Of a stretch of 64,000 nucleotides of DNA, positions 25,572 through 38,958 are shown piece after piece. The stretch comes from Octopus sinensis (Eukaryota). The stretch is from positions 18,972,001-19,036,000 of the forward strand of contig NC_042997.1 of assembly GCF_006345805.1 (NCBI RefSeq), given 5' to 3'. The notes under the pieces were generated by a model, which was given only the letters and a program-made list of their open reading frames with translations, was not told where the DNA came from and did not search any database. The position numbers and the translations under genes are program-made. Each line of letters starts with the position of its first letter. Position 1 is the stretch's first letter.

Positions 25572-25788
25572 TTTAATCTTTTACTTGTTTCAGTCATTTG
25601 ACTGCAGCCATGATGGAGCGCTGTCTTTAGTCGAGCAAATCAACCTCAGGATTTATTCTTTGTAAGCCTAGTACTTATTCTATTAGTCTCTTTTGCTGAA
25701 CCGTTAAGTTACGGGGACGTAAACACACCAGCATCAGTTGTCAAGTGATGTTGGGAGGGACAAACACAGACACATAAACATATACACT

Positions 25789-25842
<54 letters not shown>

Positions 25843-26022
25843 ATATATATACATATATATACGATGGGCTTCTTTCTGTTTCTTTCTACCAAATCCACTC
25901 ACAAAGCTTTGGTCGACCTGAAGCTATAGTAGAAGACTCTTGCCCAAGGTGCTACGCAATGGGACTGAACCTGGAACCATGTGGTTTGTAAGCAAGATAC
26001 TTACCACACAGCTACTCCTACA
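25572..26022 (-). mobile_element. SINE family A, directly abutting the RTE LINE tail
   Basis: Reverse complement of the 15695 element, with central (TA)n. Confidence 0.88.
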
Positions 26023-26196
26023 TATCATCATCATCATCATCATCGTTTAACGTCCGCTTTCTATGCTAGCATGGGTTGGACGGTTCAACTGGGGTCTGGC
26101 AAGCTCGAAGGCTGCACCAGGCCAGTCAGATCTGGCAGTGTTTCTACAGCTGGATGCCCTTCCTAACGCCAACCACTCTGAGAGTGTAGTGGGTGA

Positions 26197-26528
26197 TTTT
26201 ATGTGCCACTGACACAGGTGCCAGACGAGGCTGGCAGACGGCCACGCTTGGATGGTGTTTTTATGTGCCACCGACACAAGTGCCAGACGAAGCTGGCAGA
26301 CGGCCACGCTCGGATGGTGTTTTTATGTGCCACCGACACAGGTGCCAGACGAGGCTGGCAGACGGCCACGCTCGTATGGTGTTTTCTTATGTGCCACCGA
26401 CACAGGTGCCAGACGAGGCTGGCGAACGGCCACGCTCGGATGTTGTTTGTTACGTGCCCACAGCACGGAGGCCAGTCGATGCGGTACTGGCTACTGTCAC
26501 GTTCGGATGGTTTTCTTATGTGCCACCC
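26197..26528. repeat. ~62-bp minisatellite (~5 units) in the RTE 3'UTR
   Basis: Unit TTTTATGTGCCACCGACACAGGTGCCAGACGAGGCTGGCAGACGGCCACGCTCGGATGGTG. The first four units contain the TGCCAG-acgagg-CTGGC hairpin. Confidence 0.9.
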
Positions 26529-26711
26529 ACAAGGATACAAATTCCATTGATGTTCATCTATTTTTATTTGGTTTGATTTGATTTAATTTTGATTTTGATT
26601 TTGATTTTGATTTTCACTTGCCTCAACAGGTCTTCACAAGTGTCACAAGGAGGAAGGTATGCACAGGTGGATTGACTATGTCCCAGGTAGGGGCCACGGG
26701 TTGTGGTTTCA

Positions 26712-29633
26712 CTAGTCTTGTTGGGTCTTCTCACGCACAGCATACTTCCATAGGTCTCGGTCTCTAGTCATTTCCATGGTGAGACCTAACGTTCGAAGGT
26801 CGTGCTTCACCACCTCGTCCCAGGTTTTCCTGGGTCTACCTCTTCCACGGGTTCCCTCAACTGCTAGGGATTGGCACTTTCTCACACACCTATCTTCATC
26901 CATTCTCGCCACATGACCATACCAGCGCAATCGTCTCTCTTGCACACCACAACTGATGCTTCTTAGGTACAACATTTCTCTCAAGGTACTAACGCTCTGT
27001 CGAGTATGTACACTGACATTACACATCCATCGGAGCATACTGGCTTCATTCCTCATGAGCTTACGCATGTCCTCAGCAGTCACGGCCCATGTTTCACTGC
27101 CATGTAGCATGGCAGTTCGTACACATGCATCATACAGTCTGCCTTTTACTCTGAGCGAGAGGCCTTTAGTCACCAGCAGAGGTAAGAGCTCCCTAAACTT
27201 TGCCCAGGCTATTCTTATTCTAGCAGTTACACTTTCAGTGCACCCACCCCCACTACTGACTTGGACACCTAGATAACGGAAGCTATCAACTACTTCTAGT
27301 TTTTTCCCCTGAAAAGTGACGGAAGTTGTTTTCTGCAGATTTTCGGAGGTCAATGCTCCCGAGCATCTGCCACATTCAAAAACTATCTTCCCAGTTAGCC
27401 TACCTTTGACATTGCTGCACCTCTTATGTGTCCATAGCTTACACTGGGTACATCTTATAGAGTTTCTACCTACACCTTTTCTACAGATCGAGCAGGGCCA
27501 TCTTCCTGAGGATATTTGTGGATTGTCTACCTTTCTACTTATTAGTACTTTGGTTTTAGCTAGGTTGACTCTAAGGCCCCTCGATTCTAAACCTTCCTTC
27601 CACACCTGGAACTCCTCCAGTTCTGATAGTGACTCAGCAATTAGAGCGAGGTCGTTAGCATAGAGGAGCTCCCAGGGGCAACCTGTCTTGAATTCCTCCA
27701 CAATTGCCTGGAGGACTATGATAAATAGGAGGGGGCTGAGTACTGAACCCTGGTGGACCCCAACCTCTACTTTGAATTCTTCTGTGTACATGTTGCCAAC
27801 CCTAACCTTACTTACGGCATCTCTGTACATGGCTTGCACAGCCCTCACCAGCCATTCATCTATCCCTAGTTTCCTCACTGACCACCAGATGAGGGATCGG
27901 GAGACCCTATCAAAGGCTTTCTCCATGTCAACGAAAGCCAGGTACAGGGGCTTATCTTTGGCTAGGTATTTCTCCTGCAGCTGCCTTACCAGGAATATAG
28001 CATCAGTGGTGCTTTTCCCTGGCACGAACCCAAACTGCATCTCATCTAAACTAACTCTCTCTCTAATTAGTTGGGCTATGACCCTCTCTGTAACCTTCAT
28101 TACCTGATCCAACAGCTTGATACCTCTGTAATTATTTGTATCTAGGGCATCACCTTTACCTTTGCAGCAGTTGACTAGTATGCTGCTACACCAGTCATTG
28201 GGTATGACTCCTTCATAGCCGACACTGCCAGATATTTTGAGCATCTCTGCAGTAATTCCTGATGGGCCTGGGGCTTTTCCTGTCTTCATGCTTCTAATTG
28301 CCTTAGCTACCACGGAACTATCAACTCGGATAGCTGGTCCCTCTGTTGGGTCAACATTCGGCAGACTCTCTTTATCCCATTCATTTTCTTTATTCAGCAA
28401 CCTTTCATAGTGGCATCTCCAAACCTCTCTCTTTGCATCCTCATTTAGCGCAAGTGAACCATCATCCATGTGAACACACTTCTCTCCTACCACATCACGA
28501 TTCTCTCTCACACACTGTCTTGCAACACGAAATACCTCAAGTCTTTCATCCTCACGGCTCAGAACATTGGCAAATTTTTTCTTATCCGCTTCCCCTCTGG
28601 CTAAATAAACCTGTCTCCTAGCTTCCCTTTTGGCTGTCTGATACAATTCCCTGCTACCACCGTTCTTCCAGTCCTTCCAAGCCTGTCTCTTTTGTCTAAT
28701 AGCCCTGTCAACCACGGTGTTCCAATACCATGTTACTCTGGGTCGAGATGGTACTTTGCTCCATCCACAGATCTGTTCAGTGGCTGTCAGCAGATTGTCT
28801 CGTAGGAATCTCCAGTTGTCTTCCACATTAAGTGAAGCTATATCCCCTTCTATTTCGTCAAAGGCTTCGAGTAGTATGTCTCTAAATCTCTGTCCATTAG
28901 CAGGATCTTTAAGCTTCAAGACCCTTCTCCTCCAAGCTGGTCTTCTTCTGGGCAACCATTTAGCTCTGATCCTGAAGTTGCTAACTACTAATCTATGTTG
29001 AGGAGTACATTCTTCGCCTGGAAAGGTTTTGGCATTTATAATCAGCCCTCTTTCCCTTTTTCTGGCAAGGATGTAGTCAATCTGGCTGGTGTGTCTGCCA
29101 GAACGGTAGGTGACTAGGTGAGAGGTGGGTTTCCTGAAGTTGGTCATTTGCATCACAGAACTCCAGCAGCCTGGTTCCCTCCTCATTACGAGAGCCAAAA
29201 CCGTAGCCTCCATGGACGCCATGGAAGCCCCCGACATGTCGTCCAACATGTCCATTGAAATCACCTGCCACGAAGAGAAGGTCACTGTCATTTGTCAACG
29301 AGGTAGTCCGCAATAGGGTGTCATAGAATTGGTCTTTTTGTCCTCCCGGTAGCCCTGGTTGAGGGGCATATGCCGAGATGATGGTAGCTGTCCTATGGTG
29401 TAGGACTAATCTAATTTTAATTACTCTGTCACTTACTCTGACTACCTCGATTACCTTACCTACCCATTTCTCCGCAAGAAGTATACCCACGCCCCCGACC
29501 CCGTCAGTGTTCCCTGCCCAGAAAATCTTGTACCTGTGTTCCTTGCCTGTGAGGAGCCTAGCGGAACCTCCTCTCCACCTTACTTCCTGGATACAGCATA
29601 CATCCACACGTCTCCGTTCAAGCAGCTCTACAA

Positions 29634-29637
<4 letters not shown>
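26712..29637 (-). pseudogene. RTE ORF2: AP endonuclease, RT and PHD finger, inactivated
   Basis: APE motifs CIQE, SAYAPQ, GDFNGHVG, QIDYIL. RT motifs KAPGPSG, NYRGIKL, QFGF, FVDMEKAFD, GVHQGSVLSP, LLYAND, FRYLG. Frameshift near 29135 and YADD changed to YAND at 27651-62. Confidence 0.93.
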
Positions 29638-29664
<27 letters not shown>

Positions 29665-29674
29665 GTATATAAGG

Positions 29675-30108
29675 TGATAAGTGACCAAGACCTTTGGTGA
29701 TATCCCATGCTTGAAAAGACACATCAAGCCAAATGAAAGCATAGTTGTGGCTGATGCTGGTGTTATGTAACCTGCACACATGCTGGTGGCATGTAAAAAG
29801 CACATTAGATTCTTGGAGTGAGTGGCATTAGGAAGGGCATCCAGCAATAGAAACCATACTGGCCTTCGTGCCAGTGGCGCATAAAAGCACCCACTACACT
29901 CTTGGAGTGGTTGGCATTAGGAAGGGCATCCAGCTGCAGAAACTTTGCCAGATCAGATTGAGTCTGGTGCAGCCTCTGGCTCACGAGTCCTCAGTCAAAC
30001 CATCCAACCCATGCTTGCATGGAAAGCGGACGTTAAACGATGATGATGATGATGATGATAATGATGATGATGATGATGATGAAGATGATGATGATGATGA
30101 TGATGATG
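29675..30108 (+). mobile_element. RTE 3'-end fragment
   Basis: GGAGTGGTTGGCATTAGGAAGGGCATCCAGC...CCAACCCATGCTTGCATGGAAAGCGGACGTTAAAC(GAT)n. Confidence 0.85.
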
Positions 30109-30829
30109 TTGATTATATATATATATATATATACATACATGACAGGCTTTCAGTTTCCATCTACCAAACCTACTCACAAGGCTTTGGTCAGTCTGAGGCT
30201 ATAGTAGAAGAGACTTGCCCAAGGTGCCATGCAACGAGACTGAACTCAGAACCATGTGGTTGTGAAACAAGCTTCTTACCATGCAGTCATGCCTGTCTTG
30301 TGTTTAGTTTATCATTTTTATAATATAGAGTGGTATAAATTACTGTTGATTATCTTTAGAGAATGATACAATTCCCTACTTCATATAATGTAAAGTGATA
30401 TATAGTTTATGACTTTATATAACATAACATGGTGTAATTTGGTGCTTTGTGAAATATATGGTGGTATAATTCCCTACATTATATAATATAGGGTGATATC
30501 ATATATGATATTGAATAATATAGTACGTAAATAGGCAAAGGTGTAGCTCTGTGGTAAGAAGTTCGATTCTCACTCACATGGTCCAAGGTTCAGTCCTATT
30601 CTTTGATGCTTTGGGAAAGTGTAGTCTTCTATAGCCTTGGGCTTATATATATTGTACTCCAGCATGACCACAGCTGCATGGCTGAAATGAATAAAAGAAT
30701 AAAAGAATATATATATATGAATGAAGTACTAGATGAAGTGCTGAAGAAAGACCTCAGGAAGGTAACCTTTCAAGAGAGAGGACAAAGGACCGAGATTCCT
30801 AGTGCCTGGCCGAAGACCCATGCCCTGCT

Positions 30830-31200
30830 GCAGAACTGTTAAGACTGATCCTGCTGGTGGTGTAAAGTGTTCATGGTGGTTCCACATAAAAGTGCCCATA
30901 CAGCATCACATAAAATCCCCTGTGTGGCGTCACATAAAATTACCCATGCAGTTCCATGTAAAAGCACCAATGTGGTGTCCCATAAATGTGCCTGTGTGGC
31001 ACCACATAAAAGCACCTGTGTGGTGCCATATAAAAGCACTCAGCAAACTCTGTAAAGTGGTTGGCATTAGGAAGGGCATCAAGCCATAGAAACCATGCTA
31101 AATCAGACTGGAGTCTGGTGCAGCTCCCCTGCTTGCTAGCTTTGGTTAAACTGTCCAACCCATGGACAAAGGACGTTAAATGATGATGACGATGATGATG
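30830..31200 (+). mobile_element. RTE 3'-end fragment with shortened (~22-bp) repeat units
   Basis: Repeated GTGG..CCACATAAAAGCAC units, then the conserved 3' end and (GAT)n. Confidence 0.8.
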
Positions 31201-31499
31201 ATATATATCCGTGTGTCTGTGATTGTGTTTGTTCCTCCCAGCACCATTTGACTATCAGTGTTAGTGTGTTTATGTCCTGTGTTATCTAGCAATTCAAGAA
31301 AAGTGACTGATAGAATAAGTATCATGCTTTAAAAAAGATGAAATAAGACTGGGGTCGATTTATTTGACTAAAAAGATTCTTCAAGGTCCCCCCCCCACCA
31401 GCATGGCTGCAGTCTAATGACTGAAACAAGTAAAAGATAAAAGATAAAAGAAGTGTTGTCAAACAAGCTGAGGACATGACAATCTCTGTTGTTAGTAAA

Positions 31500-31722
31500 A
31501 GGCATACAGTACACTCTGTAAAGTGGCTGGTTATATGAAGGGGATTATACTATCAGAGTGGTTGGCATTAGGAAGGGCATCCATCTGTAGAAACTCTGCC
31601 AGATCAGATTGGAGTCTGGTGCAGCCATCTGGTTCGCCAGACCTCAGTCAAATCGTCCAACCCATGCTAGCATGGAAAGCTGACTTTAAACGATGATGAT
31701 GATGATGGTGATGATGATGATG
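31500..31722 (+). mobile_element. RTE 3'-end fragment
   Basis: Same conserved 3' terminus and (GAT)n tail. Confidence 0.8.
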
Positions 31723-33276
31723 AAACTAAGCAAAAAGTAAAACACAGTAATCCTCAAACTTGTTCAGAAGGGTAATAACCCCAAACGAAAATATAGTAGT
31801 CCTCCGACTCATCTAGAAGGGTAGTAACTCAAAATATGAACAAACCTGGAAACTTAAATTTCCATGGTTTATCATATCTATACCAGTATTTAAAGCAAAT
31901 ATAAAATGATGATGAGGCTCGTATAATTCATTACTCTATATAATAAAGGGTACAATAGTTTACGAAGTCATATGATACAGGGTGGTATATAATAGCGGAG
32001 GGTATAATTTACAACTTTGTATAATGCAGAATGGTATATTTCACTATTGTATATAATATAGAGAGATATAATTTACTACTTTATAAAGTATATTGTATTA
32101 TATATAGTATATAGCAATTGTATGAGAAAATTGACAATTGATTCACTATGTTTATAAACTTTCATTCTGTTCATACATAATATTCTAGTATTAACCTGGC
32201 ACACTCTTGGAGAAAGTTTATCTCTCATCCATTTAAATTTACAGAAACCTAAGTATTAGTTCATTGAATTGTAGCGATCTCTGAAAAGAAATAATAGATA
32301 ATAAAGAATATGAATTATTCAAATGCTAGTGAATAAATATCACCTCTTTTAGTAAGGTGGATTACATATGGACAGTAATTATTTGAACAGAGGCAACTGT
32401 AACTTGGTTAATCACAAATATGAAACAATTTCATATATTTCTGAGCATTAAAAATACTTCTTTCTCTGGGGTTTATTGTGTTAACAGCATAATTGTGATG
32501 ACAGCATGATGTCAATGTAACTGATATCTTGTATAGTACTGTGAGGTAACACATAAGCATAGAACTATTTCCAAAGGCAATAGCTATCATGCAAGAAGGG
32601 GCCAACACAGTTAGTATAAGATGTAGATAATCATAGAGCTACTTTGTTTCTTAAATGTAATGTATCTTTATTACTTTAGTAATATTGCTGAGTAGATTGG
32701 CAGAAACATTAGATTATTTGGCAATGTTCCTTTCTGTATTTAGTTACATTTTATGTCCTGAGTTCAAATCCCGCCGAGGTCAACTTTGCCTTCATCTTTT
32801 TGGGGTTGATAAATTAAGCACCAGTTGCAAACTGGGGTCGACCTAATCAACTGGACCCTCTCCGAAAATTTTGGGCCTTGTACCTAGAGTAGAAAATGTA
32901 TGTACATTGTTAAGCAGAGATCTGGCAAATTTGCTAGACTGTCTTTTGTTTCTCTGGGTGTGATAAAGTAGAGTACCAAACTATTACTGGGGTTGATATC
33001 GTCAACTAACAACCATCAAAATTTAGAAATAATTATATGAATTAGAGGCAGTGATATGAATAAAGTGCCCAACACTGCAATGCAGCAAGTCTTACTTCAG
33101 CCTCAGATTGTGTACCTTTTGAGCTAGTAGATAATAACTCTCAAAACTTCATGTTTCCTGGAGTCAAGATTATAATATTTATGTAAAATGTTTATTCCAT
33201 ATTTATTGTATTTCTATTTTATTATTTCTGGTCATTAAATGTAAGTAGCCACATAGCTCCTCTACATCAAGAACCT

Positions 33277-33484
33277 ATTTCTTTACTACCCACAAGGGGC
33301 TAAACACAGAGAGGACAAACAAGGACAGACAAACAGATTAAGTTGATTATATCGACCCCAGTTCGTAACTGGTACTTAATTTATTGACCCCGAAAGAATG
33401 AAAGGCAAAGTCACCCTCGGTGGAATTTGAACTCAGAACGTAGCAGCAGACGAAATACCACATAGCATTTCACCCAGCATGCTA
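33277..33484 (-). mobile_element. SINE family B, 5'-truncated, with 13-bp TSD
   Basis: TSD ACATCAAGAACCT at 33264-33276 and 33485-33497. Confidence 0.88.
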
Positions 33485-34281
33485 ACATCAAGAACCTGCA
33501 CTGCCACAATCCCTTCTCTCATACCTTATACCTTATCTGCTAGCATAAAGCTCCTCCAATCAGGTTACATAGCCTTGTGAGCTGCTTGGCAACCACACAA
33601 AATACGATATTTAGGGAGATAATTTGTCTCCCTAAATATTGTACTTTATTAAGTTATTGCTGTTCTATTTGTTTCAAAGTCAGCCTTGATGAAATTGGTT
33701 CATGATCAAAGTCATTTAATCATGAGACCACATTTTATTTTCAACCGTTGATTGTCTAGGAGCACATCATCTGATATGTCCTTCTGCTTTTAAGAAGATA
33801 ATGATGTGAGTTAGAATTGGCTTAATCATCTGACTGATATTTCTAGCAGATCAAAATGACCATGTGATTGTTTCCTCAATGACTCATGCAATGTTATGGT
33901 TCTAGTTTTCCCCTTCTGTCATGAAGATAATATAGAGTCTACCATGTATACAAGCATACACGTGTATTAACACCTGTATTTAAATACACACAAAAATTGT
34001 ATATAGGTGAACACTTTCAAATCTGTTAAACCATGTCTGTGTTATCAGAGTATAATGTTTATTGAAGTCTTATGCAAAACATTTAATCTATTTCTACTAA
34101 TAGTTTATGTAAATGTTTATACTCTATTCTCAGTAAAGAAGAAAGAATATGTTTCAAGACTAGACTATAACAATAACCAGCTGCAGCACCAACAATATTT
34201 CACTATCTGACAAAATTGAGAAATTGAAATTCAGATTAAATGTTTCAGCAAATAGCTGCAATCAGTTACATAAATATCACC

Positions 34282-34338
<57 letters not shown>

Positions 34339-34714
34339 CATGCATATGTATACTTGTATGTAACCTATATAGTAGGTACATTTATGTGTGCCTGCCTTTA
34401 TTATTTAAATTTTATATCTATGTGAAATTGTGTAACCTACATGTCCATAATTTTATTTATATACTTTCATCTTATTTTTCAAATTTATTTTCTCTTATCC
34501 CTACCCCTTTGCTAAATGGCCAGATTTTGAAGTTTGCTGTTTAGTAGGTAACTCTGCAATACTTTATTGAATATTCCAGAAAGAATGTCATTTCCGCTGT
34601 GTATTGATGGAACTTTGATTTTTAAATTAGTTTTACAATATCATGACATGCATGAAACTCTTAGTTTTTTAGTCACTTCTGCAACTTTTCTGATTATATG
34701 TGTGTGTGTGAGCA

Positions 34715-34779
<65 letters not shown>

Positions 34780-34783
34780 TACA

Positions 34784-35546
34784 CATCATCATCATCGTTT
34801 AACGTCCGTTCTCTATGCTAGCATGGGTTGGACGGTTCGACCGGGGATCTGGGAAGCCAGAAGATTGCACCAGGCTCCGGTCTTATCTGGCAATGTTTCT
34901 ACAGCTGGATGTCCTTCCTAACGCCAACCACTCCGTGAGTGTAGTGGGTGCTTTTTACGTGCCACCTGCACTGGTGCCAGGTGAGGCTGGCATCGGCCAT
35001 GGTCGGATTGGTGCATTTTACGTGCCACCTGCACGGAAGCCAGTCGAGGCGGCACTGGCTTCATCCACGATTCGGGTGGTGCTTTTTACGTGCCACCAAC
35101 ACGGAAGCCAGTCAAGGCGACGCTGGCATCGGCCGCGATTAGGATAGTGCTTTTTAAGTATCTCCAGTCCAGGGGTCCTGGCATCTGCCGGGTGCCAGTC
35201 ATAGGATTGGTTCAATTTTGATTTCACTTGCCCCAACAGGTCTTCGCAAGCAAAGGGGGGTTGGCATAGGTGCCTGTCGTCAGATGAGGTTTGATATCAA
35301 CTTCGCTTGCCTCAACAGGTCTTTGTGTGTCCAAGGGAGGAAAGGCATGCATAAGTGGGCTGGACTCACTTGTCCTGCCTGGTCTTTTCACGCACAGCAT
35401 ATTTCCAAAGGTCTCGGTCGCCGGTCATTTCCTCAGTGAGACCTAAAGTTCAGAGGTCGTGCTTCACCACCTCGTCCCAAGTTTTCCTGGGTCTACCTCT
35501 TCCACGGGTTCCCTCCACTGCTAAGGATTGGCACTTTTTCACACAC
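34784..35546 (-). mobile_element. 5'-truncated RTE copy (ORF2 end plus 3'UTR)
   Basis: 35400-35545 closely matches 26750-26890 (VEGTRGRGRPRKTWDEVVKHDL). Confidence 0.9.
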
Positions 35547-35641
35547 AATTAAATAATAAGGGTAGAAATTGATATTAATCAATTAAACCAGTGGTTTAGC
35601 ATATTTAAAAAATCCGAAGATTAAAAAATTGTGTTACATAT

Positions 35642-35871
35642 AAAATTTAGAGGACTGACCACTAAAGTGGACAGGCTATATGCTAAACATAGACGTCAAA
35701 TTGGCATTACCATGAAGAATGTGTTCTCAAGAAAAATCTCAGCAATTTTCTCTTACATTTTGGTTTTTAGTTGAGATTTTTCTTGAGAGCACATTCTTCA
35801 TGGTAATGATGATTTGACGTCTATGTTTAGCATATAGCCTGTCCACTTTAGTGGTCAGTCCTCTAAATTTT
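35642..35871. repeat. Fold-back element with ~102-bp arms and ~25-nt loop
   Basis: AAAATTTAGAGGACTGACCACTAAAGTGGACAGGCTATATGCTAAACATAGACGTCAAAT... matches its reverse complement at 35769-35871. Confidence 0.9.
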
Positions 35872-35888
35872 GTATATATAAACACACT

Positions 35889-35931
<43 letters not shown>

Positions 35932-36059
35932 GAATGAATGTATGTATATATAAATGTACTCTTCTATTCTTACTTACTTGGATTCTTCCTCTGAAGAAGG
36001 AGCTAGTTTCTTATAAAGATACAAAGCTTTATCACTGGAATAACGATAATAAAAACAAT

Positions 36060-36500
36060 GTCGCATTTTAAACTTTAGGTAAGTCTTGTATATTTTTACT
36101 GTCACACTTATCAATTGTACTTGTAATGTGTGAATTGGTTGATTACTTTTTCTGAAAACCCTAGCTTATCCAGGTTATCTTTTAAGCATTTCCTCACAAA
36201 ACCAAGTGCAGCAATTATTATTGATATAAATGTGAATTTATAATATAGATATAGAAGCTAGAGGTTTTGAATGTATGTATGATTTTTCTTTGAATTTAAT
36301 TTGAGTTCTTTTTGAGAGAGTTCAAGCTGGTTGCTAATAAAGCAACATGATTTTATTAGTTAAGAGTTCTCAGCGTTTGTAAATATATGGTTGAGCTGGT
36401 GTCTTAGTTGAACTGTTTAGGTATACACCCAAGTGGATGCGTCTATTCACATGAGAATCTCAGAGAGAGAATTTTTGGAAATCTTCACTGAGCCACTAAT
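36060..36500 (-). pseudogene. RLE-type LINE C-terminal remnant
   Basis: Minus translation YKFTFISIIIAALGFVRKCLKDNLDKLGF...LQVQLISVTVKIYKTYLKF, typical of the R4/NeSL C-terminus. Confidence 0.55.
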
Positions 36501-36845
36501 AGATTGGATTTGAAGAATCTCTGACAGTTTCTTTTGCTCTTTTTCCATGAAACTGAGTATTTCTATGTTTTTGTACAAATTTGTATGATTGTATGTATGT
36601 ATGTATGCATGTATGTATAAAACTATGTTGAATACAAAAATGCACAAATCTGTGAAAACAGTTGGGCTTCTTCTTTTGGATAAAATTCTTTGCTGCTTAG
36701 CTATTGCCAACAATTACAACACAGAATGAATTAGAAGGCGTATGTGGTTATATTCATGGTATGAGAAACTGGAGCAAAAGACAGAAGAGTGGAGGAAGTG
36801 AAATAAAAAAAAGGAAGAAAATTTTTTGATATTAAGCGCTAACAA

Positions 36846-37024
36846 TGTAGGTGGAAGAGTAGCTGTGTGGTAAGTAGCTTGTTTACCAGCCACATGGTTC
36901 TGTGTTCAGTTCCACTGCATGGCACCTTGGGTAAGTGTCTTCTACTATAGCCTCGGGTTGACCAAAGCCTTGTGAGTGGATTTGGTAGACGGAAACTGAA
37001 AGAAGACTGTCATATATATGTGTG

Positions 37025-37057
<33 letters not shown>

Positions 37058-37270
37058 ATATGTTTGTGTGTCTGTGTTTGTCCTCCCCCACCAACATCGC
37101 TTGAGAACTGATGCTAGTATGTTTACGTCACCGTAACTTAGCGGTTTGGCAAAAGAGACTGATAGAATAAGTACTAAGTTTACAAAGAATAAATCCTGGG
37201 GTCAATTTGCTCGACTAAAGGTGGTGCTCCAGCATGGTCGCATTCAAATGACTGAAACAAGTAAAAATGT
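36846..37270 (+). mobile_element. SINE family A, full length
   Basis: Same bipartite structure as 15695. Confidence 0.9.
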
Positions 37271-38589
37271 AAGAGAATGTGCTGATTTAAGGAAAACATC
37301 ATATTTCAGAAATCCTGTGAAATATTACTAACAAAAAAAATATGTTTTCATTTAAGTTTATATTTGATAACAATAGTGTGTTTGGATATTGTATCAATAA
37401 CATTTGAGTACACAACGGATTTAGACAAAAATGTATAATTAAAAACAAAATTTTAATAACAGATTTCTCTTTGTTGCACTTTAAATCAATGAATAAAATA
37501 TGCTATTTAATAAGAAGAGTGGGTCTTGATTGATGTAAATGTTAGCAATGGTTTTGCATCTATTTAGCTAAAGTGTATTATGATAAATTCCACCAAATCT
37601 GATCTACGTATTGATCAGATTTATCACATTAAGTTATTTCCATATAACTTGATGGCTTGGAAAATGTCCATAATGTTTGATGTGTGGCAATAGAAACCTT
37701 CACACAGAGGCTATCAATTTATTTTAGTACTATTCCTATAGTCAATGAAGGCCACTAGATTTTAATTTGAGCTGTGATAAGGAAGATAAAAAAAAAAGTT
37801 GGGGAGAGTAAAAGGAGGTAAAAAAACTAAACAAAAATAAAAGTTGGTCCATCAATATTCTAGCAGAGCCTCATTTTATTGCTCTGCAGTTCAGTATAGG
37901 TAAAAGAGCCTCATGGCTGCCATATATAGCAACTAGCTAGGCATTGATTTGCAATATGCACTTAGAAAGAAAGAAATACGAAAGTTGTCATCATCGCCAT
38001 CATCATCATCATTATCATCATTGTCATCATTGTCATCACCATCATCATATTAACATCCACTTTACCATGCTTGTGTGGGTCAGAAAGAATTCATTGGAGC
38101 AGGTTTTAAACAGCCATATGACCTACCTGTTTCCAAGAAAATATATTTCGTCATAGCCAGGCAATGTTTTCACAATTGGTTGGAAATAAGGGTCTCTGCT
38201 TCTATGCTGGCGATGCTCATTTACCATTATCATTCAATGTCTTGAGAGGGAACCACAAAACATACAGGCATTTACAACTCTCTCTCTATATATATACACA
38301 CACACATATATATATGTATTCTTTTATTTGTTTCAATCAATTGACTGCAGCCATGCTGGAGCACACAAACTGTTATTCAGATTTCATGTTACCATTTGTC
38401 AGAATGTTACCATCACTAGAAGTGTCATCAATCAGGGCATGAACAGATTCCAACTGCTTCCTATCATTATTATTATTATTATCATCACTGATATTATTAT
38501 TTTCATTTTTTTACTATTTGTCATTGTTAATATTTCATCTGATCCTGCATGAGTTTTAGCTAAATTATTATTATTATTATTATTAAATG

Positions 38590-38958
38590 GAAATTGCAGA
38601 TGTGTTACCAGTGCCGGTGGCATGTAAGAGAACCTTCCGTTTCACGACCGTTGCCAGCACCGCCCCGTTTCGTGTCCGTTGCCAGCCTCACCTGGCCCTT
38701 GTGCCGGTGGCACATAAAAAGCACCATCCGTTCGTGGCCGTTTGCCAGCTCTGTCTGGCACCTGTGCGGGTGGCACGTAAAAAGCACCCACTACACTCAC
38801 GGAGTGGTTGGCGTTAGGAAGGGCATCCAGCCGTAGAAACACTGCCAGATTTGACTGGGCCTGATGAAGCCTTCTGGCTTCACAGACCCCAGTAGAACCG
38901 TCCAACCCATGCTAGCATGGAAAACGGACGCTAAACGACGATGATGATGATGATGATG
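38590..38958 (+). mobile_element. RTE 3'UTR fragment with minisatellite units
   Basis: GTGCCGGTGGCACATAAAAAGCACC units, conserved 3' end, (GAT)n. Confidence 0.85.

Larger units (their letters stand above)
26024..29637 (-). mobile_element. RTE-clade LINE, 5'-truncated, 3.6 kb
   Basis: APE-RT ORF, ~690-bp 3'UTR with a 62-bp minisatellite, and terminal GGAAAGCGGACGTTAAAC-type end plus (GAT)n. Homology starts inside the endonuclease (EIVELLERRRVDVCCIQE). Confidence 0.95.

Noticed and set aside
33604-33642. 19-bp imperfect hairpin
   Set aside because: Isolated and short, with no family or function inferable.
35642-35871. Hammerhead in this fold-back (CATGAAGA...GAAA)
   Set aside because: Stems I-III cannot be formed.
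35985-36035. CTGAAGA-a-GGAGCT...AGCTTT
   Set aside because: No GAAA or cleavage triplet follows.
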